From: Dudresnaya verticillata
Taxonomy: Eukaryota
DNA: 64,000 nucleotides
Assembly: GCA_977862235.1 (NCBI GenBank)
Contig: OZ374560.1
Span: 2,046,001-2,110,000, forward strand
Reading direction: 5' to 3'
The position numbers and the translations under genes were made by a program. The notes under the pieces were generated by a model, which was given only the letters and a program-made list of their open reading frames with translations, was not told the origin of the DNA and searched no databases. Positions 39,009-48,824 of the stretch are shown here, one piece after another; within the stretch, counting starts at the first letter, position 1; every line of letters starts with the position of its first letter.

Positions 39009-41367
39009 CTCCAGTTCTTCTTCGGAAGAACAGGTGCAGGAGGAGCAGGTGTACGAAATAGAATACAAGAGCAAGCATAGGCCTCCCAGTGGGAAGGGCA
39101 AGTCCAAGAAATCGCGCCAGGAGAACCGATCGGGTCGTGCAGATCAGTCCGCAATGGATATATCTGATGACGACGATGACTCCGACAAGGAGGATGCACC
39201 ACTTCAGCCGAGAACCCCACAGAAGAACGTGTCGTCCCGCGCCGGCAGACACGGCGTTGCTACAGCCGCAATTTCCCCGGCCTCCCTTCCAGACGAGGTG
39301 AAGCACGGAATGCCAGAAGCATTAGCGAGGGAGAGGGGACTATTGTCGGATTCAGGGGAAGGGTCGGGAGATGGACGTAACAGGGGCGAGGAGAGTGGGC
39401 AGGACAGCGATTACGTCGTGCGTGAAAAGGAATCTTCTTCTAGTTCCGAGGATGATTCCAAAAGCACTTAGGATACTCGAAGGGAGTGTAACTAGCTAGC
39501 TGCTAGTTCCGAGGATGCATCCTTGAATCAGGATTCCAAAAGCGATTAGAATGCTTGGATGGATTTTTGTGCAGAAGTTCCAATAGCTAGCTGCTAGCAG
39601 CGCATAAGTAATAGTGTTTGTTTGTTTGTTTATTTCGTGTGATTCGTTCTGACTTCAACTTTCCGCAGAAGCCATTACAGGGAATATGTTCTACATCATA
39701 AATGTTCTACATCATAAAAGTAGGAGGCGTGTTCTAGGACCATTATATCTAGGGCCATATGAGTCCCACACGCAGCGGGGGCTTTGTGCACAATCCTGTA
39801 TAGAACCCGATGGGACACATATGTCTCAGAACTGTTGTAGGGTCATTGTATTCGTACAGAACATATAGATCCTGCTTTCAGGGAAGACTTCACATGCATC
39901 ATAACTTCACAAACACATGGGACTTGTATGTCTTAGAATCTTTGGAAGCGTTCGCAATCCACAATGATCTACTTTGAGATGTATATTAATGTTCTAGAAC
40001 GTTAGTACACTTGAGAATTTTCAAGAGGCGCAGCTACTTCATGTTGCAGGCTCAGCAGCTCCTCCTTAGACATACGAGCCAGAACTGCAGGCCCAATATT
40101 ATCGCCGTTGAAGTCTGGCTTTCGACGCCCCCGGCTGGGAGTTGCTCCAGATCCGGACGGTTTCTTGATCCGCAGTGCCTGCAGCTCGGCTTCCGCCGTC
40201 TCCAACTTCCGAGCAACTTCCTCCTTCTCCAAGCGAGACTTCTCGATCTCCTGCAACATTTTTCCTTGCGGCTCCTGGTGGGATTCAGGAACAGCCCCCG
40301 GGATACAGAGAGTTGAGAAATTCGGTTCTGCAACGCTGCAGCGACGCGGCGTTCAACTTCCGCTTTCACTTTGGCCTCCAAGGCGCTATCGAAAATCGAG
40401 CCTTGCTTGTTGCCCGAGATTGGAACTGAAAAAGTACCCTTAGGGAACTTCTTCTGCAACGCAGCAATTTTGTGGTGCAAGGGGAGGCGAGCCCTTTTTC
40501 GCTGAAAGCGGTCGGACTAAATACGTCGACCGACGGAGAAACCGCCACCGGCGCTCACCACCGCCGTTGGCGCGCGAACACGTCATCGACGGCTTGCTGA
40601 GGCGCGCGCGCGCACTGCGCGCCGCGCGCCACGCGGGCACCGTACAGTGCTGGGCCGACCTGGCGCCTCGGGGCACTGTAGCGCGGATCCGGATGCGATC
40701 CGGATCCGGCATCCAGATTGCCTATCTGGATCGCCTAAGCTGTAAGGTATGCGCCTGTAAGGCTGCGGGTATCAGCATTGCTGGTCCGATCCGGATGGGA
40801 TCAGGATCGGACAAGTACCAGATTAGATCTAAGGCACACGCTCTACAGTGCGCGCGCACGCGCGGCTGTAAGACACACGCGTCCACGTGTACGTGTAAGC
40901 ACCCACACAGGGGATTGTACGGCGATCTATCAGACGCGCGGCTGCATGCGACGCGTGATCTGTCAGACGCGCCTCAGGACGACACGTGTCCCGAGTTCCC
41001 GCGCTACACGCACGCCGCCGCGCCGCCGTACTATACTTAGGTAAGCCGTCCCAGACGTCACAGTAAACGCCCAGGCAAGCCGGCCTTGGTCCAGACTTCC
41101 CCGTTCCGCACGCGCGCATTCTACCGCTGCCTACGGCTAAGCGTCTACCTCCCGTGCTTCCACGTCTACCATCGTCCTTGACGTGTTCCCTTTCTTTTTC
41201 CCTTTTCCTTCCTTTCCGCCTCGGGCGTTTACAGTCCGCCCAAGGCGTGCCCCTTTTGCTCTACCACCAAGTCGCCCACGGCGGGACTACCTACCGCCGA
41301 GGGCGCAGCTACCCACCGAGCCCCGAACTGCTCGGCGGTCTATCGTCACTGGACGCTTTGCACCACA
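39006..41367 (+). repeat. direct duplication of 25021-27382 (upstream flank plus LTR)
   Basis: Constant offset of 13985; four substitutions seen; TTC microhomology at the junction. Confidence 0.97.
40471..41367 (+). repeat. complete right LTR
   Basis: Matches 26486-27382 and is followed by the AATTT TSD. Confidence 0.97.
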
Positions 41368-43132
41368 AATTTGCTTGCGAAGGTTGCCAATTTCTTCGTC
41401 CCTCGAATCCTTCTTGGCCTTCTTTCTCGCGGAGGGAACAACCTCGTCGCCTGTGTCCTCAACTTCTCCCTCCTCTTCATTTTCCTCGACGCGGCGGCGC
41501 TTTTTACCCTTCTTTGAGCCTTCTGGGACAGATATGTCCTGAATCCGGTCTGCCGGTTCTTGGCCACAGAGTGGGACAGATATGTCCTGGCTCTCATCGG
41601 ATGGCCCGCGGGCCACTACCGCATCAGCAGGAGAAGTGGAAGCGACGTTCGCATCGGGGCCCTTGTCGAGGGCTCCAAAGAGGTTTTCGAGATCGATGAC
41701 ATCGTTTTCCTTCTTGAAATCTACGCGCTTGGACGACCTTGCAGCAATAGGCAGCGCGCCTGCGCCGCCCTGAGCGCCTGGGTACATAAGTTGCCCCGTG
41801 GGCGGTAGTTGAGGGAGCCGGGGCGGCTGTGATTTCTTCGTCACTCTCGAGGGTGAGGTCCACAAACGCAAGGGCTTGTTCCACCGCCGGCTTGGGAACT
41901 GGTGCAGACACCTTCTTTACAACTTTGGTCTTCTTCTTCTTACCAAACTTCTTGACCTTCTTGACCTTCTCGGTGACTGTCTCCTTGCGCATACGTGAAG
42001 TGCGCTCCTCGCCCTTCTTGGCCTGACGACACAACCTGGCTCGGCGCCTGCTATCAGTCTCGTCAAACCACGCGCGAAGGTTGTTGTTGTTTGAAGAATT
42101 GAAATGCTGCGTGAAAAACAGCGTGTTCTTCCAAGCGAAGTTCTGCACGTTGTGGTCGTTCTTCTCCAACGACCGTTGGCAAAACGTCAAGACCAGCTGG
42201 ACATACTTCGGGTCCAGCTGGCCAGTGTAGCCAATGTACGTCTCGAGGAATTTCGGGAACTTACGAACCGACTCCCAGTAAAGGAAGGCATCGAGGACGG
42301 ATGTCCTATTGCCGAGTTCCGGGATGATGTGGGACAAACATGTCGCAATGAGAGCGTAGCACCCCAACAGCAACCTGTTCATATGTCTCGGAATGTCAGA
42401 GAAATGATACAGGAAGTGGTTCCTCGAGTGGTCGTCCTTTCCAAATGCTTGGTAGATGATCTCGTCGTTCTCATCCTCGACGTCTTCTACATTTTCCTTC
42501 TTGTTTCGGCGCTGTCGTTCGGCACCTGCGCGTCCGGCACTCGCAACCTCTTCTCCCATCAACTTCTCCTGAAGGAACCGGTAACCTCCGTAAACCTTGC
42601 CATTGACTCCTGCCGCCTTCGTATTCGGAATAGAGTGGTCGCTGTCGACAAGCGTACGCACCAGGACAACTTGCTGAAGCGGTGTGGAGGGAGCGGGAGA
42701 GACATCTTGGGTATTTCCGACGATGATGAGAAACTTGACAGCCCTGTAGAAACGTTGCCTAACTGTATGTTCCGTCTGCGACACACGCGGCTCCTTGTTC
42801 TTCACTGCGTAGGAGACGCTGAGAAGTTCCGCACGGGTGATGAGAAATGCGTACAGGGTGTCCAAGCAGCTGTCTCGCGCGGAAACGACGGGATGATTTC
42901 CAGCCGTGACATACTCTGGGACATATACGTCTTGCCCATCACAGTTGAAGATAGGCTCCGTCACAACTATCGGATCGCACCGGCGGAAACTCTCGACAAA
43001 CATGCGGTCCGAGAGAGACAACGCGCGGAACCTATCCACGGGACGAATGAGCATGTCGAACCCGGGAAAGTGATCGATGAACCGAACCGCGTGCTTTACC
43101 TGGCTCCGATGGCGAACGGCCTTCATCACCAT
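41368..43132 (-). pseudogene. 5' part of KDZ accessory gene D, unknown function
   Basis: ATG at 43132 (MVMKAVRH) within ORF 41624..43543, shifts frame into 41287..41871; globular N-terminal part, Lys-rich NLS-like tract, acidic tracts. Confidence 0.75.
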
Positions 43133-44020
43133 TGCAGCAGTTGAAGTGGGCTGGAGGGAGGTTGAACGGATGGTGGCGATGTTGGGAATATCGTCCCCCA
43201 CGGCGGCAGGAAGAGAAGGCCGGAATGCCAGTCCGGGAAAAAGAAAGGAGTTGAGGAAGGGGGATAGGAAGGGAAGATTGTATGTGTGGAGGTATGGAGG
43301 TGGTTGGTAGTGAAGGGGGTGAGCGGGAAGGTGGTTGCTGCAAAATGCGGTGCCCTGGGGTCCTAATATAGAGCGGTATTTTCGCGGGACGGGGCGCGTG
43401 TGTGGGGCATACAAGTCTCGTCGGGAATTGCCGGGTCTATGATACAGTGCTGTACGACTTTTCGAGCAGTGAGCCGGGAAATTTGAAACGTTCTGCTGTC
43501 TGTCTCGAGCAATCGGGCCAAATTGCGGCAATTTTGGGCCCACACCTTCGTGGAGAGTTGCGCATATGGACGAAATTTCCTGCCCGTTTAACGCCGTGGC
43601 ACTCTCATTTCTGGTGCATGATTACAGTACATTACAGTTTAACTGTCTTACACTGACATCTATGCCACTGTAAAGCGAAGACCGGCGGTGAGTGCTGGGA
43701 GCGTGACCGTGACGAGGCAACAGCATCCACGTGTGCGTTGTGTGTGCGCTCTGTAGTTCCAATGTTGGAACGATTCGCCGTGCTCTGGTCAGCGGCCCCA
43801 GCGGCGCTGCTGAGCGACAAGAGCGGCGTTGAGCGGCGCCAGCGGCTCCGGCCCGCGCAAATCGTATTGGGCGCGAGTGGCGCGCGCGCGTGCGTTGCAG
43901 AGCGCCTCAGACGATGCCTCCAGCGCATATATCGCCGCATTGGGGCCCCGGCCCGGATTTTCCGGCCTCCGATGTTTCTTCAATTGGTAATTGTGCGTTA
44001 GTTATCGGCCATGTTGTGTG

Positions 44021-44531
44021 TGAGTTAGATTTTCCTTTGATTTTCCACTGTCTTCCCCTCGATTTCGTTTGCGGCGAAACCCAATTTCTCTTTGCGACTC
44101 GATTCAAATAAGATCATACATATTCAACATGCCACGTGGTGGCCTTGGTGTTGTAGGTCGCCGCCTGTGACACACGTGTAGACTCTGTAGACATGGGTTA
44201 TATGTGGCGCAACACCAAGGGGCCTCCGAAACGGACGCAATCGACCGGACCAAGTGGTCCATCCGACCCAATCAAAAAGGTACGTTTGGCCAGCCGAGGA
44301 TAGTGAAGGCCGGCGGACGCCGGTGGTCATGCGCAAGAGACACACGTTTCCAACAAGTGTACGCGTGTGTCACACGTGGCCATCTACGACACCCAAGCGC
44401 ACCATGTCGCGCGCTGTACACGAATGATCGCTGTGATCGGATCTGGAGACAATCGAAAAGAAGAAAGTGGATTTGGCCGCAAATGAAATCAAGAGGAAGA
44501 CAGCAGAAACATCAAGGGAAAATCTAACTCA
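44021..44531. repeat. ~510-bp inverted-repeat (MITE-like) unit just inside the right KDZ TIR
   Basis: TGAGTTAGATTTTCC... at 44021 pairs with ...GGAAAATCTAACTCA ending 44531; arms ~170 bp, imperfect. Confidence 0.75.
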
Positions 44532-45149
44532 TTTGGCCAACCACCAAGGGACAAGTACTTGGTTTAGTCTGGTAAGGGTATAACATTAGCCCCGCCGGAA
44601 CAAAAATAGACGTTATGGTCGAAAGTAACCTCGGCCACTAACTGTGAAATAGCGCTAGATTAGCTCCAATGGCCGATTTTGGGCCTACGTGGCCGGCCAA
44701 AAACTACGGCTCGGCCAGAATAGGTACGAATCCGCCCCTTCAGAGGTCGGAGTAACGTTTTCCAATCGTTTTCCCAACTCGGCCATTTTCCACTTCTCAT
44801 GCAGGAGTTTGGCCCCGATTTCGTCTGCACGCTCCCGCTTTACCACGATTGCTACCGGGGCGCAGGTATGTTCTACGTTTCACCGTTTGCTACGGAATGT
44901 GATCGGTCTTCCTGGTCCTTTGGGGTCTCATTTTGGCGGCGCACTCGGTGGTGCCTTTCGAGATACTACATTATACATGTGCGCGTTCACCATCGTCCGA
45001 GCGCCGGTGTTGTGGCCCGTTTTCCAAGTGTCGGCTTTTGGCTGGGCCGAACGACCCACCTGGCCCCGTTTTCTACACCCATTTCAGTGGCCCTCTTAAT
45101 CTTGTACAACAACTCTTGAGCGTGCAATCAACGTCGCCGTGCTCAAAAT

Positions 45150-45776
45150 CCGCGTGGCGGAACTCCATCCGGTTGTCAAGAACTGCACACGGAAGGCACC
45201 AGAGAAGAAGCGCGCTTAGCCTCTCGGGGAGAGCCGCCAAACTTTCACGAGGGTGATTATTTCCTCGTTGCACGAGAGGACTTTAAAAGGACAAGAAGCT
45301 TTCCCTGAGCTGTCTCGGACCTCGTCGGATTATAAAAGCACTCTCAGAATGGGTTGTCCAAGTTGAAAATCTCCGCAACGGTTTCATCGAGTATGAAACG
45401 GGTGCTGCCTCGAATTCGAACAGTACCCCTCGTGGGACACAGAAGTGATTATGTCACACTCCCTGTCTTCCGAACTTGGAGTGCCAGTGGCAAAAATGAT
45501 GCGCCATGATGATACTACGCGCGGAATGATGGTGTTAGTCCGCTGGAAGGGCCTATCGCACTCGGAAGATTCCCTGGACCGTCAAACGCGTCTGCGAAGA
45601 CGAGCGGGCGACGTTGCTCAACCTACTTCATCATTCCGAATGCCAGCAAATGGACCAAAGTCGCCTGCGCAGGACCACGTCACACAAAAAACAAACACAA
45701 CAACACTTGAGCGCAAGAAACCCGATTGGATTTGCTGAGAAAGCTCAAAGCCTCCTTGCGCTTTGAAAGAACGGAG
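45150..45776 (+). pseudogene. C-terminal integrase and chromodomain remnant of the old gypsy element
   Basis: PNFHEGDYFLVARED, GPRRIIKALSEWVVQVENLRNG, VLVRWKGLSHSEDS. Confidence 0.75.
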
Positions 45777-47168
45777 TGTAGCCGACTGAGCATGGCTATC
45801 TCCTCTACCGTCTCGGATTGATTCTTTGAGGATTCATACGGGGAGTCCCCCCGTAGCAGCGTGATCACGTGACTGGAACCCGCCGTCGTCGCTTACTCCG
45901 TCGTGATACAGTGGTATTTACTCCGTCACGGTCCATCTCTCTCAGTAAACTCTGGCCATCGAAGCCGAAGATTTTTCCCTTCCTCCTGTAGGTTGCCTTT
46001 CAGTCACCCGACTCGGCGTTCTCTCCAGTTGTCACATTTCCGAAGACAAAATCCTCTTTACTCTGTGCGCCTGTGACCCAACGTCAAAATCGTCGTGCAG
46101 GAATGGGCAATTTTTTCTCTCACTGTTCCTCTCCCCTAAGAGCTATTTGCAATCTATTGTTTTCTGTTCCCCTCTCCGAACTATCACAAAACCCTGGAAA
46201 GCGTATCCAGAGTAGTTTCATTAAGCTGGCATCTGCCCGTCGAGACGGGACAGTTCCCATCCAATTTCGACAAAAAGGGTTCCCAGTTTCAAACCCACTT
46301 ACACTACGAACCCGCCCTGTGTGTTTTTGTGGAGTGGCCTGTAGTGAAGCTCGGGAGTCGCGTCTTCAAGTATTGGATGCTGTCTGCGCTCATGTAAAAA
46401 TGAGCACAGAAGCTTTTGGAATATAGAGAGCATTTTCGCAAAGAAAACTCTACAGCCTGAGAGAGGGGGTTCACTACGTCGACAGCGGGGCATTGTGGAT
46501 CGTTTGTGAGATCCTTTTTTGTACCCTCTCCCCCGCTGCTGGGCGTCTTGAAGGAAGATTGGCTTTCGTTTCGTTCAATATCCTCAGCATGTCACGATGT
46601 GTACAGAACCGAGCCCAGGGTGGCAAGTAGGATTTTTGAGCCGGTTGATGAAGACGACTCCCGTAAGGTTTCCATAACTTTCTGACGTTCCGCTGTCCTA
46701 GTGGATGAATAGAGTGAATGTGGCGGGAGACACGCGTTTACAGAAGGACGAAGACAGCGCTCTGGTCCAAAAGAAGTTATCCTCTTCCATTCTGAAGAGG
46801 AGCGGGTCGACGGAGAAGCTGCGTTCATGCCAGCACTCAACTTCTGCCCGACGCGGCAATTGAAGTTCGCAGCAGACTCCATCGGAAGGCGGAAATTACT
46901 GTCAGTAAATAATTAATTCTATTCAGGGACGTTCTAATCGAAAAAATCTTCTTCTTCTGAGCAGCCGACAAAAAGCGCACGGAAACAGGCTCGAACGTTT
47001 CGTGACAACAGCATCGCATCAACCCCGAAGTACATTTATACTCCCCGCCTGCTCCAGTTCAAGCTTTCCGCCCCTCCGGACCGGCCATCATTCTCCGACT
47101 TCCCCTCTTCGACAGGCTCAACACTAACCGCACCTGCGACCCTTCGACCTCAACCTAACCGTGCAAAG

Positions 47169-48824
47169 ATGCCTGCTGACGTCAGCCTCATTGAGCTTCC
47201 GCAAGAAGTTCTCCATTTCATTGTCTCCAGATGCAGCGTTCCTGTCTTGCCGCGTGCAGGCCCCATTACGCTTGCCAGCGTGCGTCAGGTGTGCAACAAC
47301 CCCCCGCATCAGCTGCTTCCCGTTCTCCAATCCCATCCTACTCTCACCAACGTAGTCAAGAACAAGCTGAAAGACATAGACACACTGTCCTCATCTGTAG
47401 GCTTCCCTAAAATGACTCACTGGCTAGGGCTACTCGGCCCGCATGTGACTGGTATCTCGCTCTCAGAACCGTTTGGACCGGTCCAAGATCAACCATTCCC
47501 ACCTTATCGTCAAGGGTTTCCATCCATGTCCGTCCTCGAGTCCATTAGCCGCAATATGGTGTGCTTGCAAGTTCTTGATATCCAGGGAGTGCCGTTCGCT
47601 ACTGCGTCCGTAACTGTGAAGGAAAGACTGGAGAGGGCTTTATCTCGTGTGCTCGAGTACAGCGCACCTAGTCTACAGCAACTGGCCTTCAAGGCCGATC
47701 AGGTTTGCATTCGGTCTCTAAGAAAGTTCGAGATGCCTTGTTTGGAGGTACTGGCTATCAAGAGCGGGGATAAGAGTCTTGCTGAGGGACTGCAAGCTAT
47801 ATGGGAAGTCCAGAAAGAAGTTCGCGAGATACGCATAGAGGGGCAATCACTGACAGAGGCGGTGATGAGATCAATTGGAGACTCTCACTTGCTACAGCAG
47901 GTGGAGAGACTCCGAGTAATTTCAGTGAGAAGCATTGCGCCCATTCGCGGTTTCGAGGCATTCTTCAGAAAGATGACGAGACTGAAGGTGGTATTTTGGT
48001 ATGGGCTCATTCATAGTGAACCTGTGGAGGCTTTGCTGAACGGATGTCCTAACTTGCAGGCACTCCATGTTTGGGAATGGGAAACATTTCGTCGTGAACC
48101 TGCCGAGCACGACCTGTTCCTTCACTTCGATGAACTAGGCTCTCCAGATACGTTTTTGCAACAGGCAGGGTCCAGACTGATTTCCTTCCAGCAGAAATTC
48201 TACATTAGTGCCGAGAGGAGTTTGGCGATTGCCACACATTCTCAACAGCTACAAGAGCTCTCTGTGAAGGTTGACAGGGAAAACATGAAGGACTTGATAT
48301 TAATCACAGAGAAATGTAGGAGACTGCGTCGCTTAGAACTTACGCGTGCGAACCGTGGCGCTGAGTTCGAAAATTCGGAGCTTCCGTGCTGGAAGGTTTT
48401 GGGGGACGTTCTAGACGCTGCTTCGGAGAAGCTAAGCGTCCTAGTTCTGCACTATCAAGTAACGGTATTTTGCCCAGAGCAGGAAGAAGACGCAATGGTT
48501 GACAGGTTCTGCCACTTCTTTAAGAGCATGGGGACGCACGCGAAGAGCATTAATTTCTCGATTCCGACGAACACGAATGACTACGGTATCTTACTTCCAC
48601 GATTCACGAAACTCTTGGATTGTGCTTTGGAGCACAATTCAAACCTGGAGGAGCTGACCTTGGATTTCGGTCAACTGGTGGAACCGTGGTACTGGTACAA
48701 TCTCACGGAGACCGAGAGGAGGCCGATTGTTTTAGGCTTACGCTTGGCTATAGAGAAAGCTCATCGAAGGATGGCGAGCCCTCTGTGGCTGGACTTGAAG
48801 AAATTGGAGACTATTGTGATGTGA
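47169..48824 (+). CDS. F-box/LRR (RNI-like) protein, paralog 1
   Basis: N-terminal LIELPQEVLHFI; LRR-like units GCPNLQALHV, KCRRLRRLEL; shares DYG.L.P and HNSNLEEL with the neighbours. Confidence 0.75.
   Translation: MPADVSLIELPQEVLHFIVSRCSVPVLPRAGPITLASVRQVCNNPPHQLLPVLQSHPTLTNVVKNKLKDIDTLSSSVGFPKMTHWLGLLGPHVTGISLSEPFGPVQDQPFPPYRQGFPSMSVLESISRNMVCLQVLDIQGVPFATASVTVKERLERALSRVLEYSAPSLQQLAFKADQVCIRSLRKFEMPCLEVLAIKSGDKSLAEGLQAIWEVQKEVREIRIEGQSLTEAVMRSIGDSHLLQQVERLRVISVRSIAPIRGFEAFFRKMTRLKVVFWYGLIHSEPVEALLNGCPNLQALHVWEWETFRREPAEHDLFLHFDELGSPDTFLQQAGSRLISFQQKFYISAERSLAIATHSQQLQELSVKVDRENMKDLILITEKCRRLRRLELTRANRGAEFENSELPCWKVLGDVLDAASEKLSVLVLHYQVTVFCPEQEEDAMVDRFCHFFKSMGTHAKSINFSIPTNTNDYGILLPRFTKLLDCALEHNSNLEELTLDFGQLVEPWYWYNLTETERRPIVLGLRLAIEKAHRRMASPLWLDLKKLETIVM

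Larger units (their letters stand above)
26486..41367 (+). mobile_element. Ty3/gypsy chromodomain-containing LTR retrotransposon with antisense ORF
   Basis: 897-bp LTRs TGTGGTGCAA...TTGCACCACA; TSD AATTT at 26481-26485 and 41368-41372; PBS, gag, PR-RT-RH-IN-chromo, PPT. Confidence 0.97.
16999..44967. mobile_element. KDZ (Kyakuja-Dileera-Zisupton) DNA transposon, ~13.1 kb after removing the nested gypsy and duplication, with ~420-bp imperfect TIRs
   Basis: 16999-~17422 (AGTATCTCGAAAAGCACCACCG...) aligns with the reverse complement of ~44550-44967; KDZ transposase inside; no TSD seen. Confidence 0.8.

Noticed and set aside
26486..41367. Very recent insertion inferred from near-identical LTRs
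   Set aside because: The right LTR may have been copied from the left during the duplication, so identity does not give the age.
42104..43144. 346-aa plus-strand ORF
   Set aside because: Antisense shadow of gene D with no independent coding signal.
45777..46036. Possible 3' LTR of the old gypsy (TGTAG...TCACA)
   Set aside because: Plausible position after a purine-rich tract, but no partner LTR or TSD to confirm it.
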